Under the pieces are notes generated by a model, which worked only from the letters and a program-made list of their open reading frames with translations, made no database searches and was not told where the DNA came from. A stretch of DNA of 64,000 nt from an uncultured Methanoregulaceae archaeon. GTDB lineage: Archaea > Halobacteriota > Methanomicrobia > Methanomicrobiales > Methanospirillaceae. The position numbers and the translations under genes were made by a program. The stretch is from the NCBI GenBank assembly GCA_963841015.1, contig CAWJAX010000002.1:352001-416000 (forward strand), written 5' to 3'. This document shows positions 30,678 through 42,172 of this stretch, one piece after another (within the stretch, counting starts at the first letter, position 1; each line of letters begins with the position of its first letter).

Positions 30678-32155
30678 GTTACCAGCCTCCGAACTTTTAC
30701 GATCATGTCCTCTTTTACCTTTGAAAGTTTTCCAAGCCTTTGATCGAGATGGGAAGAATCCGTATCGAGCTGCTTTTTGCGTTCATCTAGAGCAATCCTT
30801 ATTGCAAAGGGCGCGGGTCCTCCGGGAGCTTTCCTGAGAGCGATGGAATGGGATACAACCAGCACTTCATCGATTATCTCCTGGGTGAGTCCTTTTGCCA
30901 TAAGGGATATTCCTCCCCCGACTTCCAGTGCTGCTTCTTCAAGGGTGGCAAGCGAAAGGTTTCCTTTCTGCACGGCTCTTCCGACAATGTTGTGTGCAGT
31001 GCGGAAGGGAACACCGTATGATCTGACCAGCGTATCGGCAAGTTCAGTTGCGGTTGAAAACCCTTTTCCAGCCTCGTCTTTCATCCGCTCAGTATCAAAT
31101 GTTGCACTTGAGAGCATATCGATAAGAAGGCGAAGGCTCTCTTTTGCGTCCCGCATACCACGCCAGATATTAGGGGTGAGCTCCTGGAGGTCACGGTTGT
31201 AACTCATGGGCAGTCCTTTCAACGTAAGGATCGCACCGGTAAATGCACCGAAGACGGACCCTGACTTTGCCCGCATGATCTCAGCTGTGTCCGGGTTCTT
31301 CTTCTGCGGCATTATCGATGAAGTTGAACAGAATGCGTCATCAAGCGTAACAAACTTTACAAACGATGTGCTCCAGATAATCAGATCCTCACAGAGCCGG
31401 CTCGTATTAACCATCAGGATGGAAAGATCAGCAAGCGTTTCCAGTGCAAAATCCCGGGCAGCTACCGCATCCATGGTGTTTGTTACGAGTCCTTCAAATC
31501 CCAGCAGGCTTGCAGTATATTGACGATCAATCGGGTAACCGGTCGAAGCGAAGGCTGCTGCACCAAGCGGGGATTGGTTCACCCGCACGTAGCTATCCTT
31601 AAGCCGGTCGAAATCTCGCGAAAAGGCCTGTTCATACGCAAGAAGATGGTGCGCTAGCGTCGTAGGCTGGGCATGCTGCATGTGGGTAAATCCTGGCATC
31701 ACGGTCTCAATATGTATCTCAGCGAGGGCAACAAGCACCTCCCGCACTTTGAGAAGTGCCGACATTTGTTTTAGTATGTCTTCCCGCAGTTTGATCCTGA
31801 TGCAGGTTGCGACTTCATCGTTACGTGATCGTCCCATATGCATACGCCCGCCAACATCTGGTCCGACAGATTCTATGAGGAGTGATTCTATTCCTGCATG
31901 GACATCTTCAAAACGCTCGTCAAACACCTCTTCGGGAATCCCTTCATCAAAGAGCTCAAGCAGCGCTGAAAGGAGCTGCCGGGCAATATCACGGTCGATG
32001 ATCTTCTGTTTTTCCAGCATTAGCACATGAGCAAGATCTACAAGAATATCTGCGTCAGCAATACAGCGGTCTGAACGCATTGATGAGAGAAAATGCATCA
32101 TCTCCCCCGTCCTCTCACCGGAAAGGCGCCCCAACCTTACAACATCTGTTCGCAT
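30674..32155 (-). CDS. argH: Argininosuccinate lyase
   Basis: EDVH, GRSRNDEV, PGFTHMQHAQP, SSIMPQKKNPD and SYNRDLQE motifs. Confidence 0.96.
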   Translation of the reverse strand: MRTDVVRLGRLSGERTGEMMHFLSSMRSDRCIADADILVDLAHVLMLEKQKIIDRDIARQLLSALLELFDEGIPEEVFDERFEDVHAGIESLLIESVGPDVGGRMHMGRSRNDEVATCIRIKLREDILKQMSALLKVREVLVALAEIHIETVMPGFTHMQHAQPTTLAHHLLAYEQAFSRDFDRLKDSYVRVNQSPLGAAAFASTGYPIDRQYTASLLGFEGLVTNTMDAVAARDFALETLADLSILMVNTSRLCEDLIIWSTSFVKFVTLDDAFCSTSSIMPQKKNPDTAEIMRAKSGSVFGAFTGAILTLKGLPMSYNRDLQELTPNIWRGMRDAKESLRLLIDMLSSATFDTERMKDEAGKGFSTATELADTLVRSYGVPFRTAHNIVGRAVQKGNLSLATLEEAALEVGGGISLMAKGLTQEIIDEVLVVSHSIALRKAPGGPAPFAIRIALDERKKQLDTDSSHLDQRLGKLSKVKEDMIVKVRRLVT

Positions 32156-32203
32156 CCGTTCCCTCTCCGCTTTTTATTTGTTTACCTATTGATTGTACAG
32201 TGA

Positions 32204-32738
32204 TTAAATCCACGCTTTTCGCGCAGCGAGTTCAATCGCCCGCTGCACCGATTCGCGGGGTATTATAGTCGCGACAGGTATACGGACAAGCTGCTCAATC
32301 ACACTCGAGAGGATTGGGGCACACACAATTGCCACAGCACCCTCTCGCTCAGCCCTTACAGCGGCCACAATTGCATCTTCCATCGTATGGACCGGATATT
32401 CGCGTACTCTCACACGTTGTGCATCCACCTCAGCCGTCCGCTCCTGGATCGTATCAAGGACAGACCTTGCAACAATAAGGCCGATAAATTCCCCTTCAGT
32501 TGTACGGTAGAGCTGGCGGAGGGTGTGAATTATTGCGCGCAGTGTGGAAAGGTTGGGCGAGCGTTTCCCGTGCATGATCTTGTATAAGGAGTCTCTGGGC
32601 AATTCCGCTTTTTTCTGATAACTCCCTGACACTTATACGGAGGTCATAACGGAGGAGATCATTCAGTGTTCCAACAAATTCCTCGTCTGAGGCAAGTGCG
32701 GCACGCGTGAGCCGGTCAATTGGGTCCACTTGTATCAT
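32204..32738 (-). CDS. XRE-type HTH transcriptional regulator (frameshift near 32592)
   Basis: SVRELSEKSGIAQ joined to SLYKIMHGKRSPNLSTLRAI, split over two ORFs. Confidence 0.8.
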
Positions 32739-32934
32739 ATAATAGATACAATAAGGCCAATTCAAGAAAAATATTTCCTCTCTTGTCCTCGATTTTTTAG
32801 ATACAATAACTTTTTTGGACAATTAAGATAATTAATTAACCTTAAAGTAAAAATTTTTGAAGTCTTTTGATACAAAAAGAGAGAAAAAATGTCCATATCG
32901 TGCAATTTATGTATTGCCAGAACAATTGTCACCT

Positions 32935-34162
32935 ATGAAAATGATGAAAATTCCGGTACTGGCGCTCTTTGCCATTACTCTCTTTGTTCTCATTGCCGGT
33001 TGCACGCAACCAGCAGGAACACCCGGCCCGGTCTCCCAGACAAATGTCGGAATCCTGTACAGCAAAGGTGTCGGTCCTATGCCGATGCTCCTTGCAACAA
33101 AACAGATAGACGGGTATATCGCATGGCAGCCTTTTGTCTCGATCGGCACCGAGAGCGGCATTGCCAGGCTTGTCGAGTATTCAGGCCAGCTGCCGCCGGC
33201 TGGAAGCAACATTGATCACCCCTGCTGTATTCTCTTTGCCCGCAATGATCTCCTCGCACAGAACCCCGACCTGGTCACCGCAATGAGTGCGCTCACCCAG
33301 GCTTCAAGTACGTGGATCAATGAACACCCGGCCGAAGCCGCTGAAATTGAAGCAGAATTCCTTGTCGGTAAAGGAAACTTTACCTATGGCAATGTCACTG
33401 TTTCATCCGTTGATGTGCTTAATGATGCGTTCCCCACGGTAAAATACACAAACGTGCCCTCTTCTGAATGGATTGCAGGAACAAAGAACTTTGTCAAGAC
33501 GGAAATTGAGCTTGGCTATATTACGGGCGAATTAAAAAATACGAGTGCAGATCAGCTCAATGCAAAGTTGTTTGCATTCGGACCGTACGAGGATGCAAAG
33601 AAGCAGCTTGCAGCGGGCACCATAAAGACTCCTCCCAAGGCAACCAAACCGATCACAATCGGGTACCTGAATGGTGATATGCACTCTGCAGCCCTCCATA
33701 TTGCTCTAAAGAAATGGCAGTACTTCAACGATACCTATGGCGTAACCCTGAAACCGCGTGACATGTCCCAGGCTCGTCCTGACGTAGCTGACCTTATTGT
33801 CAACGGTGTTCCCGTAGCAGAAATCAAGCTGGTTGGCGGGGATGCCGGCCCCCAGGTTATGCAGATGGCATCAACCGATATTGTGCAGATGGGATATGTC
33901 GGTGTACCACCAACGGTCGCAGCAATCGATAAGGGAACCCCGGTCAAGATTATCCACCCCGTTAATACTGAGGGTTCAGGTCTTGTTGTTGACGTAAATG
34001 CCCCTGTTTCGGACTGGAATAGTTTTGTCACCTGGGCCAACGTACGGTCAGCAGAAGGGTAAACCGTTAAAGATTGCGGCTCCCGGTAAAGGATCAATAC
34101 AGGACGTTATGCTCCAGTATGCATTGAAAGACAGCAATATTACCTACAAGGAAACTTCCTGA
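32935..34162 (+). CDS. ABC transporter substrate-binding lipoprotein, NitT/TauT type (frameshift near 34059)
   Basis: Lipobox IAGC; IDGYIAWQPF, HPCC and NTEGSGLVV motifs; continues KPLKIAAPGKGSIQD after the shift. Confidence 0.85.
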
Positions 34163-34238
34163 TCTGTGTGCGGGGAATGGTATTCCCCTACACCTTTTTC
34201 AGTCAGAATACCAACAATTATACAGGAACCAGGTTTCC

Positions 34239-35035
34239 ATGTACCGTATTCTTTTTAAAAATCCGCTGTGGAAAAAATGGTTTTTACGGTTTCTCGTCCC
34301 GATAGCGATCATTGTCGGATGGGAAATATCTGTCAATCGTGCTGAATAACCCATTTATTCTCCCCAGCATAGAATCCGTGCTTGAAGTCCTGCTCCACCC
34401 GTTCAGGGACATCCTGGGAAACGGAAGTCTCTTTGATAACGCGATGATCAGCCTCGGACGGGTTATTCTCGGATTTCTTGTTGCTGCAGCGCTTGCCATC
34501 CCGCTCGGTATCGGCATGGGTCGGTCAGAGACCATTTTCGAGCTCTTCGATCCGGTGATGCAACTGCTTCGTCCTATCCCACCGCTGGCCTGGGTACCCC
34601 TGGCACTTGCGTGGTTCAAGATCGGTCTTTTCTCCATGGTTTTTATCATCGGGCTGGGTGCATTCTTCCCGATCCTTCTCAACACGCTCGATGGTGTGAG
34701 AGGAGTAAAAAAGACATGGGTCGAAGCAGCGGAGATTCTTGGGGCACGTGAAGCGGCAGGTCTTATCCCAGGTAATTCTCCCGGGAGCCGCACCAACCAT
34801 CTGGACCGGGATGCGGGTTGGCTTTGGTATCGCCTGGATGTGCGTGGTTGCTGCGGAGATGATGCCCGGTACAAATTCCGGTATCGGCTACCTGATTATG
34901 TCATCCTACAACTGGGGACAGGTTGAAGTAATTATTGCCGGTATCATTGTCATCGGGATTATCGGGATTGTTATTGATTATGGATTCAAGTTTGTTGACC
35001 AGCGTTCGTTTAAATGGCGGGAGCTTGAACGATGA
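34239..35035 (+). CDS. ABC transporter permease, NitT/TauT type (multiple frameshifts)
   Basis: LRPIPPLAW, EAAEILGA and VILPGAAPTIWTGMR motifs. Confidence 0.85.
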
Positions 35036-35793
35036 CCCTGATCATTGACCACTGTCAAAAAAGTTTGCCAAAAACGGCAAGGAGACGGTCGATTCCTTAA
35101 CGGATATCAATGTCAGGATCGATGACGGGGAATTCATCTGCATCCTCGGGCCCAGCGGGTGCGGGAAGACCACGCTCCTGCGTATTGTTGCCGGGCTTGA
35201 AAATCCGACTACGGGAAGAGTCCTGATTGATGATGTACAGATTGATCGCCCCAACCCGAAACTGGGAATGATCTTCCAGGACTATTCGCTCTACCCGTGG
35301 CGCACGGTGAATGAAAATATCGTGTTTGGGCTTGAGCTGCGTGGTGTCGGCAAGGAGGAAAGGGCAAAGATTGCGCAGGAGTACCTTGAACTTGCCAGGC
35401 CTCTCCGGTTTTGGCAACAGTTATCCCTACGAGCTCTCGGGTGGCATGCGACAGCGAGTTGCCGTTGTGCGGGCGCTTGCGGTAGACCCGAGTGTTCTCT
35501 TAATGGATGAACCGTTTGGAGCTCTCGATGCCCAGACACGCAACCGGTTGCAGCATGATCTGCTTGAAATCTGGGACAAGACAAAAAAGACGATCCTGTT
35601 TGTGACGCACAGTGTAGATGAAGCGGTCTTCCTTTCAGACAGGATTGTTGTCCTAACCCCGCGCCCCGGTCATGTCTGCGAGGTCCTGCCGATTGAACTT
35701 GAGCGCCCACGGGACCGTACCAGCGTGGAGTTTGCCAAAATCCGCCGCTATGTCCTTGATCTTATCAACCAGCCAAAGTGCAGCTTCTCGTAA
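35032..35793 (+). CDS. ABC transporter ATP-binding protein (frameshifts near 35055 and 35398)
   Basis: GPSGCGKTT Walker A, LSGGMRQR, LLMDEPF and VTHS motifs. Confidence 0.88.
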
Positions 35794-35914
35794 GGTTTAA
35801 TACGCCCCATCTCCATTTTATAAAAGCAGTTTGTGAAGCGTACCGGCACGAATATCTGGTTATATCTGCGTATTAATGCCCGCTTTTAACAATATTTCAC
35901 AGGAGTAGGACGCG

Positions 35915-36655
35915 ATGGTTAGAAAACCGGCAAAGATGTACAGGAACATTTCAAAGAAAGCCTATACGCGACGCGAATATATGGGTGGTGTTCCAGGGAG
36001 TAAAATAGTACAGTTTGAGATGGGAAACCTCTCTCAGGAATTCCCGACAGAAGTAGACCTGGTTGTTGAAGAAGCATGCCAGATCCGGCACAGTGCCCTC
36101 GAGGCAGCCCGAATTACGGTCAACCGCAGGTTAATGAAAGATGTCGGAAGATCAAACTTCCATTTCAAGGTCCGCGTCTTCCCGCACCATGTCCTGCGCG
36201 AGAACAAGCAGGCAACCGGTGCCGGTGCTGACCGTGTTTCTGAAGGTATGCGTCTTGCATTCGGTAAGGCGGTCGGTACTGCAGCGCGTGTGGATGCAAA
36301 CCAGAAAATCCTGACGGTCTACTCGACTCCGCAATACCTGGAAAAGATAAAAGATGCCCTTAATCACGGTGGTCACAAGCTCCCGACACCCTCCCACCTG
36401 AAAGTGAGTGAGATTAAGGTCAGTGGAAGGATAATTGCAGCGCCCAAACTTGTGGGTGAGAAAGTTGTTGCAGCGCCCGTGGTAGAAGAGGCAGCAGCAG
36501 AACCCGCCAAGGGAGCCGAAGCACCGGCCAAGGGTGGCAAGGCAGGAGCAACAGGCAAGGGAGCATCTGCCGCAGCCAAGGGAGCAGAACCCTCCAAGGC
36601 CGCCGATGAGAAGAAGGGCGCAGGTCATGCCAAGGGTGGCAAGGATAAGAAATAA
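35915..36655 (+). CDS. rpl10e: 50S ribosomal protein uL16 (L10e) with Ala/Lys/Gly-rich C-terminal extension
   Basis: [22 protein letters not shown] and [17 protein letters not shown] motifs. Confidence 0.96.
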   Translation: MVRKPAKMYRNISKKAYTRREYMGGVPGSKIVQFEMGNLSQEFPTEVDLVVEEACQIRHSALEAARITVNRRLMKDVGRSNFHFKVRVFPHHVLRENKQATGAGADRVSEGMRLAFGKAVGTAARVDANQKILTVYSTPQYLEKIKDALNHGGHKLPTPSHLKVSEIKVSGRIIAAPKLVGEKVVAAPVVEEAAAEPAKGAEAPAKGGKAGATGKGASAAAKGAEPSKAADEKKGAGHAKGGKDKK

Positions 36656-36928
36656 TTTCTTCCTGTTTTATTTTTTCATCAAATACGTATTTTTGCCATT
36701 CCACACAACTCCCGTTTGCCCACGAGCCTGTGTTCTGGTAAGATATCGGTATGGTATAAAAAAAGACGGCTATTTTTGGTAAACCAGGTTTTCTCCAGGG
36801 AATTTCTTTGAGTTTCCAGGAGATTTCCCTGTGGAGATCCCACGGCAGGGACATGCACCAGACGATACCTGCGCCTTGCACAGAGCTGCCCGATCCGCTT
36901 ATTATCCTGCTCTCCTCAGTGTATATTT

Positions 36929-37765
36929 ATGAAGACACCGGATGCTACCGCGATCCACTCCTCGCTTACTGATGCAACCTTCCAGGCATACCGTGATGCT
37001 GTCATCCGCCTTCCGCCGGATGTACTGGAGGTGATCCGGAAGGCAGCCGCTGCCGAGACAAGCCCGGTAGCTCAAGGCGAGTTTGCCAACATCCTGAAAA
37101 ATATCGAAGAGGCAGAGGGTCTTGGAGTGCCGCTTTGCCAGGATACCGGTGTCCCGATCGTGTACCTGACCATTCCCCCCGATGTTCCCCTGACCCTGGG
37201 CATTTATGATGACGTTGCAGAAGGTATCCGCCGCGCAACCCGGGAAATACCGCTGCGTCCCAATGTAGTAGATCCGCGCTCGCGGCACAACACCGGGGAC
37301 AATACCGGTCCGGGAATGCCGGCAATCCACGTCCAGCCAGGGGATAGATTCACGGTAACCGTGCTCCCCAAGGGTGCGGGTGCCGAAAACAGTTCAAGGA
37401 TTGCCATGCTCCTTCCTACGCACCAGTACGGTATAGAAGGGTTCATCGTTGAAACCATGCTTCATGCAGAGGGGAAACCCTGCCCTCCCGTGTTTCTGGG
37501 TATTGGGATAGGGGGGACATTTGATGGCGCAGCAACACTTGCAAAGGAAGCGCTCCTGCTCCCTGTCGACAGGATGGATGACTACGAACAGAAGATCTGC
37601 AATGCAGTGAACCGGCTCGGGATCGGTCCTATGGGACTGGGTGGTGATACGACCGCTCTTGCGGTGAAAGTGAAAACAGCTGCATGCCATACGGCATCCC
37701 TGCCCGTTGCGGTGAATGTTCAGTGCTGGGCACACCGGCATGCAACCGTGGAAGTGAATCGATGA
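36929..37765 (+). CDS. fumA: Fe-S fumarate hydratase / tartrate dehydratase alpha subunit
   Basis: PLCQDTG, KGAGAEN, KPCPP, GPMGLGG and QCWAHR motifs. Confidence 0.9.
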   Translation: MKTPDATAIHSSLTDATFQAYRDAVIRLPPDVLEVIRKAAAAETSPVAQGEFANILKNIEEAEGLGVPLCQDTGVPIVYLTIPPDVPLTLGIYDDVAEGIRRATREIPLRPNVVDPRSRHNTGDNTGPGMPAIHVQPGDRFTVTVLPKGAGAENSSRIAMLLPTHQYGIEGFIVETMLHAEGKPCPPVFLGIGIGGTFDGAATLAKEALLLPVDRMDDYEQKICNAVNRLGIGPMGLGGDTTALAVKVKTAACHTASLPVAVNVQCWAHRHATVEVNR

Positions 37766-38316
37766 CCGGTAAGACTGTTCAGTTGCATACTCCTCTGGGA
37801 GACGAAGTTCTTTCTCTTTGTGCCGGCGACCATATCGAGCTCTCCGGAATTGTCTATACCGCCCGGGACGAAGCACATATCCGGATGAAGACTGAAGGTA
37901 TCCCGTTTGAACCAAAAGGGGCGGTTATCTACCACTGTGGACCGGTAGTGAAGGATAACAGGATCATTGCTGCAGGTCCCACTACCTCTGCCCGGATGAA
38001 CGATCTCTCTGGGTTCCTCCTTGAGAAAGGCGTGCGGGCACTCATTGGCAAAGGAGGCATGGGTGCTCTTGTGCGTGAAAAGCTGAAAAACCGGGGTGTC
38101 TATCTGGCATTTACCGGAGGCTGTGCTGCACTTGCATCCTCACATATGATCGTAAAAGGTATTTTTTTCAAGGATCTTGGCATGGCAGAAGCGATCTGGG
38201 TGATCGAACTTGATCACCTCCCGCTTGTGGTTGGTATCGATGCAAAGGGCAATGATCTCTTTGATCAAGTCATGCAACGTGCGAAACAGGAATATAAGCA
38301 GATTAGAAAATTCTGA
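37762..38316 (+). CDS. Fe-S fumarate hydratase beta subunit
   Basis: TARDEAH, YHCGP, GPTTSARM, IGKGGM and LGMAEA motifs. Confidence 0.9.
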   Translation: MTGKTVQLHTPLGDEVLSLCAGDHIELSGIVYTARDEAHIRMKTEGIPFEPKGAVIYHCGPVVKDNRIIAAGPTTSARMNDLSGFLLEKGVRALIGKGGMGALVREKLKNRGVYLAFTGGCAALASSHMIVKGIFFKDLGMAEAIWVIELDHLPLVVGIDAKGNDLFDQVMQRAKQEYKQIRKF

Positions 38317-38391
38317 AACCCGTCCGGGACTGAATATAAAGAATAGGTTTTTTTCACCCCAGCTGCAATAGTATACGATAGGACACTTCTC

Positions 38392-38664
38392 ATGAAACTC
38401 GCCATTGACGAGACCAGGTGCAAGGGTTGTAACCTCTGTACAAAGGTTTGCCCGTATAAGATTTTTAAGGAAGGCAAAAAGCTCAACCGCAAGGGAATAG
38501 CCATTCCGGAACTTGATCGTCCCGAGCGCTGCGCAAACTGCCGGCTCCAGTACCTCTACGGACGGCAGATCTGCGGTGTCTGCCAGCTTACATGCCCGGA
38601 CCAGGCCATTCACTGGATCGTGGAAGAGCCGTATGAACCTCACAAGGTGGTGATTGAATATTGA
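38392..38664 (+). CDS. korD: 2-oxoglutarate:ferredoxin oxidoreductase delta (ferredoxin) subunit
   Basis: CKGCNLCTKVCP and a second cluster motif with an insertion; precedes korA. Confidence 0.85.
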   Translation: MKLAIDETRCKGCNLCTKVCPYKIFKEGKKLNRKGIAIPELDRPERCANCRLQYLYGRQICGVCQLTCPDQAIHWIVEEPYEPHKVVIEY

Positions 38665-39761
38665 CGCGTACTGAATTCTGGCAGGGTAATACTGCCTGTG
38701 CGGAAGGGGCGCTTGCAGCCGGGTGTAACTTTTTTGGCGGGTACCCCATCACCCCCTCGACCGAAGTCGCCGAACATATGGCGGCAAAGCTCCCCAAGAA
38801 AGGCGGGGTGTTCATCCAGATGGAAGACGAGATTGCAGGGATTGCTTCAATCATAGGTGCTGCATGGACCGGTGCCCGGTCAATGACGGCTACGAGCGGC
38901 CCTGGTTTTTCACTGATGATGGAAAATATCGGGTTTGCCGCGATGACAGAAACACCCTGCGTGATTGTCAATGTCCAGCGGGGAGGTCCCTCCACCGGTC
39001 AGCCGACAATGTCGGCACAGGGAGACATGATGCAGGCAAGGTTCGGCTCGCATGGCGATTACGCGATCATTGCCCTCTGCCCGGCCACTGTCCAGGAAAT
39101 GTACGAGCTGACGGTGAAAGCCTTCAACCTCGCGGACAAGTACCGTGTGCCGGTCTTTTTAATGGCCGACGAGACCATCGGACATATGCGGGAAAAAATT
39201 CTGATCCCGGACAAGGTTGAACGGATCGGGAGAAAACCGCTTGCACCCGGGACACTGCCCTTCAAAGCGGATGCTGACCTGATACCGGGGTTCGGTCAGT
39301 TCGGCACCGGCCACCATGTCCATGTCACCGGTCTTACCCACGACGAACGGGGATATCCCTGTGCAACCAACCCGAAAATGCACTTTGCTCTTGTGCAGCG
39401 GCTGGTGGACAAGATCGAGAAAGCACGAGATGAAATGGCAGACTACGATGTCATCAATCCTGATGCCCTAAAAATCTTCATTGCCTATGGAGCCCCGGTA
39501 CGAACCGTCCAGCAGGTCATGCATGACACGAAAGACAAAGATATCGGATTCCTCCGTATCCGTACCGTCTGGCCATTCCCGGAAAAGGCACTCGCCCGAT
39601 TTAAAAACGCCAGGGCTTTTTTTGTCCCTGAGATGAATCTCGGGCAGATCGCCCGTGAAATCGAGCGGCACGTGAAGGTACCGGTCATCAGCATCCCCAA
39701 GCTGGGCGGCGACCTTCATACTCCTGCAGATCTTGTCGCAGCACTGGAGGCCTACCCATGA
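38661..39761 (+). CDS. korA: 2-oxoglutarate:ferredoxin oxidoreductase alpha subunit
   Basis: GYPITPST, QMEDEI, TSGPG, QRGGPSTG and PEMNLGQ motifs. Confidence 0.9.
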   Translation: MTRTEFWQGNTACAEGALAAGCNFFGGYPITPSTEVAEHMAAKLPKKGGVFIQMEDEIAGIASIIGAAWTGARSMTATSGPGFSLMMENIGFAAMTETPCVIVNVQRGGPSTGQPTMSAQGDMMQARFGSHGDYAIIALCPATVQEMYELTVKAFNLADKYRVPVFLMADETIGHMREKILIPDKVERIGRKPLAPGTLPFKADADLIPGFGQFGTGHHVHVTGLTHDERGYPCATNPKMHFALVQRLVDKIEKARDEMADYDVINPDALKIFIAYGAPVRTVQQVMHDTKDKDIGFLRIRTVWPFPEKALARFKNARAFFVPEMNLGQIAREIERHVKVPVISIPKLGGDLHTPADLVAALEAYP

Positions 39762-40545
39762 CGTTTGAGGACTGGTACCGGCAGGACCGCCTCCCCCACA
39801 TCTACTGTGCCGGCTGCGGGAACGGGACGATCATCAACTGCACACTTGCCGCTATCGACCAGATGGGGTGGAAAAAGGAAGAGACGGTCTTTGTCTCCGG
39901 TATTGGCTGCTCATCCCGTGCTCCGGGTACATCATTACCGACTCGCTTCATACCACCCACGGGAGGGCGCTCGCATTCGCCACCGGTGTCAAGATGGCAA
40001 ACCCAAATCTCAATGTCGTCGTTTTTACCGGTGATGGTGATCTGGCAGCCATCGGTGGCAACCACTTCATCCATTCCTGTCGGAGGAACATCGACATCAC
40101 CGTCGTCTGCATGAATAACCAGATCTATGGGATGACCGGGGGACAGGGGAGCCCGACAACCCCGAAGGGCTGCCTCTCGTCCACCACCCCGTTCGGGTGT
40201 GCGGAGATGCCTTTTGACCTTTGCGAGCTTGCAACGGCAGCCGGGGCAAACTATGTCTCCCGCTGGACTTCCTACCACGTGAAGGAACTGGAAAAGGCAG
40301 TGAAAACCGGTCTTGAGACACCCGGTTTTTCGTTTATTGAAGCCCTTGTCCAGTGCCCGACTGCCTTCGGGCGGCGTAACAAATTCCGGCAGGTCGCAGA
40401 CCATGTCGAATACTTAAAGTCGCACTCGCTCCTGAAAGCAAAACGCGACCGGATGCTCGAGAACCGGGAGAAGGTCCCTGAAGATATGTTTGTTGTCGGG
40501 GAACTCACCAGGAGAAGCCGCCCGGCCATGGGAGTAAAACCATGA
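39758..40545 (+). CDS. korB: 2-oxoglutarate:ferredoxin oxidoreductase beta subunit (missing G near 39926)
   Basis: CAGCG, SGIGCS, HGRA, GDGD and NNQIYGMTGGQ motifs. Confidence 0.9.
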
Positions 40546-41081
40546 GGAACGAGGTCAGGTTCTCGGGATTCGGCGGGCAGGGGATCATCCTGTCAGCAGT
40601 CATTATCGGACGGGCAGCCGTGATGTATGACAACAAGTACGCAGTCCAGACGCAGGTTTACGGGCCCGAAGCCCGCGGCGGGGCATCCATGAGTGCAGTG
40701 ATCATTGATAACGACCCAATCCTGTACCCCAAGGTCACTGCCCCTGATATCTACGTGATCATGTCGCAAGAAGGATTCGAAAAATACGGTGTGGATGCAA
40801 AGGAAGATGCAATAATGCTCATCGACACCACGCTTGTTCACTCCCGCCCGAAGTGCCGATGTATCGAAATCCCGGCGACCCGGCAGGCAAAAGAGGTGCT
40901 TAAAAAAGATATCGTGGCAAACATCGTGATGCTCGGGGCACTCGTTGCCTCCACGCACGTGGTATCAGAGACAGCACTGGAAAAAGCAATTCTTGACTCA
41001 GTACCAAAAGGTACCGAGGCACTGAACCAGAAGGCAATGAAGATGGGCTTTGAGCTTGCAGGAGCGCTGTCAGGAGGATAA
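40542..41081 (+). CDS. korC: 2-oxoglutarate:ferredoxin oxidoreductase gamma subunit
   Basis: SGFGGQG, YGPEARGG and NIVMLGA motifs. Confidence 0.9.
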   Translation: MRNEVRFSGFGGQGIILSAVIIGRAAVMYDNKYAVQTQVYGPEARGGASMSAVIIDNDPILYPKVTAPDIYVIMSQEGFEKYGVDAKEDAIMLIDTTLVHSRPKCRCIEIPATRQAKEVLKKDIVANIVMLGALVASTHVVSETALEKAILDSVPKGTEALNQKAMKMGFELAGALSGG

Positions 41082-41087
41082 AAAAGC

Positions 41088-42172
41088 ATGAAGTTACGCG
41101 AATACGAGGCAAAGAACGTGTTAAAAGAGGCTGGGATCCCAGTCCCGGCAGGATTTTTGATCAGATCCGCTGATGAACTCGCCCCTCATCTCGGTGCACT
41201 GGGTGATGCCTTTGTGCTCAAGGCGCAGGTGGATGTTGGTGGCAGGGGAAAAGCCGGGGCATCCTGATGGCTGGCAAGGCAGATGGAATAAAGGTGGCAG
41301 AGGAACTCTTCGGAAAGCAGGTCAAAGGCCTGCCGGTAAAAGAGGTACTCGCTGAACAGCGGCTCGGCATCCAGCATGAGTACTACCTCTCAATAACTGT
41401 CGACCGCTCAAGCAAACAGCCCCTTATTCTTTTTACCGAAGCCGGTGGAGTAGATATCGAGATCACCGCAAAAGAGCAACCTGAAAAGATCCGGAGGGTA
41501 ATAGCAAATCCTCTTATGCGGGATATTCCTCACTTCATGCTCCGTGAACTGCTTGGGACAGCGCCAAAGGAGATCGGGCCGATCATCGGCAAACTCTACC
41601 ATGTATTCCTTGAAAAGGATGCACTGCTTGCCGAGATCAACCCACTTGTGACTACCCCGCAGGGTGTATTCGCAGGGGATGCAAAACTCATCATTGACGA
41701 TAACGCTCTTGGCAGGCAGGGATTTACGGTGAACCGCGACCTCACTGACCGCGAACGTGAAGCAGAGAAACATGGTTTCTCGTATGTTGAACTGGAAGGT
41801 TCGATAGGTGTCATCGGAAACGGGGCAGGACTTACAATGTCCACCCTTGACCTCATCGAGTTCTATGGCGGGAAAGCAGCGAATTTCCTGGATGTTGGCG
41901 GCGGTGCCGAGAGCGAGCGAGTGATGAATGCGGTCCGGCTTGTGGGCAGTGTTCCTTCGGTGAAGGTGATTGTTGTCAATCTCCTCGGCGGTATTACCAA
42001 ATGCGATGAGGTGGCTAAGGGTATCATCGCAGCCAATATTCCGCAGAAAGTGATCGTCCGCCTTGCCGGTACCAACGAGGCGGAAGGAAGGGCGATGCTT
42101 TTAGCGAAGGATTACGAGATGCTGGATACGATGGACCTCGTGGTCAAAAAAGCAGTTGAGGTGGCTGCATGA
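41088..42172 (+). CDS. sucC: Succinyl-CoA synthetase beta subunit (missing G near 41258)
   Basis: MKLREYEAK, KAQVDVGGRGKAG, EINPL, GNGAGL, NFLDVGGG and RLAGTN motifs. Confidence 0.93.

Noticed and set aside
39758-42172. korB and sucC as pseudogenes or programmed frameshifts
   Set aside because: Each has a single missing G in a short G-run within an otherwise intact operon, typical of homopolymer sequencing error.
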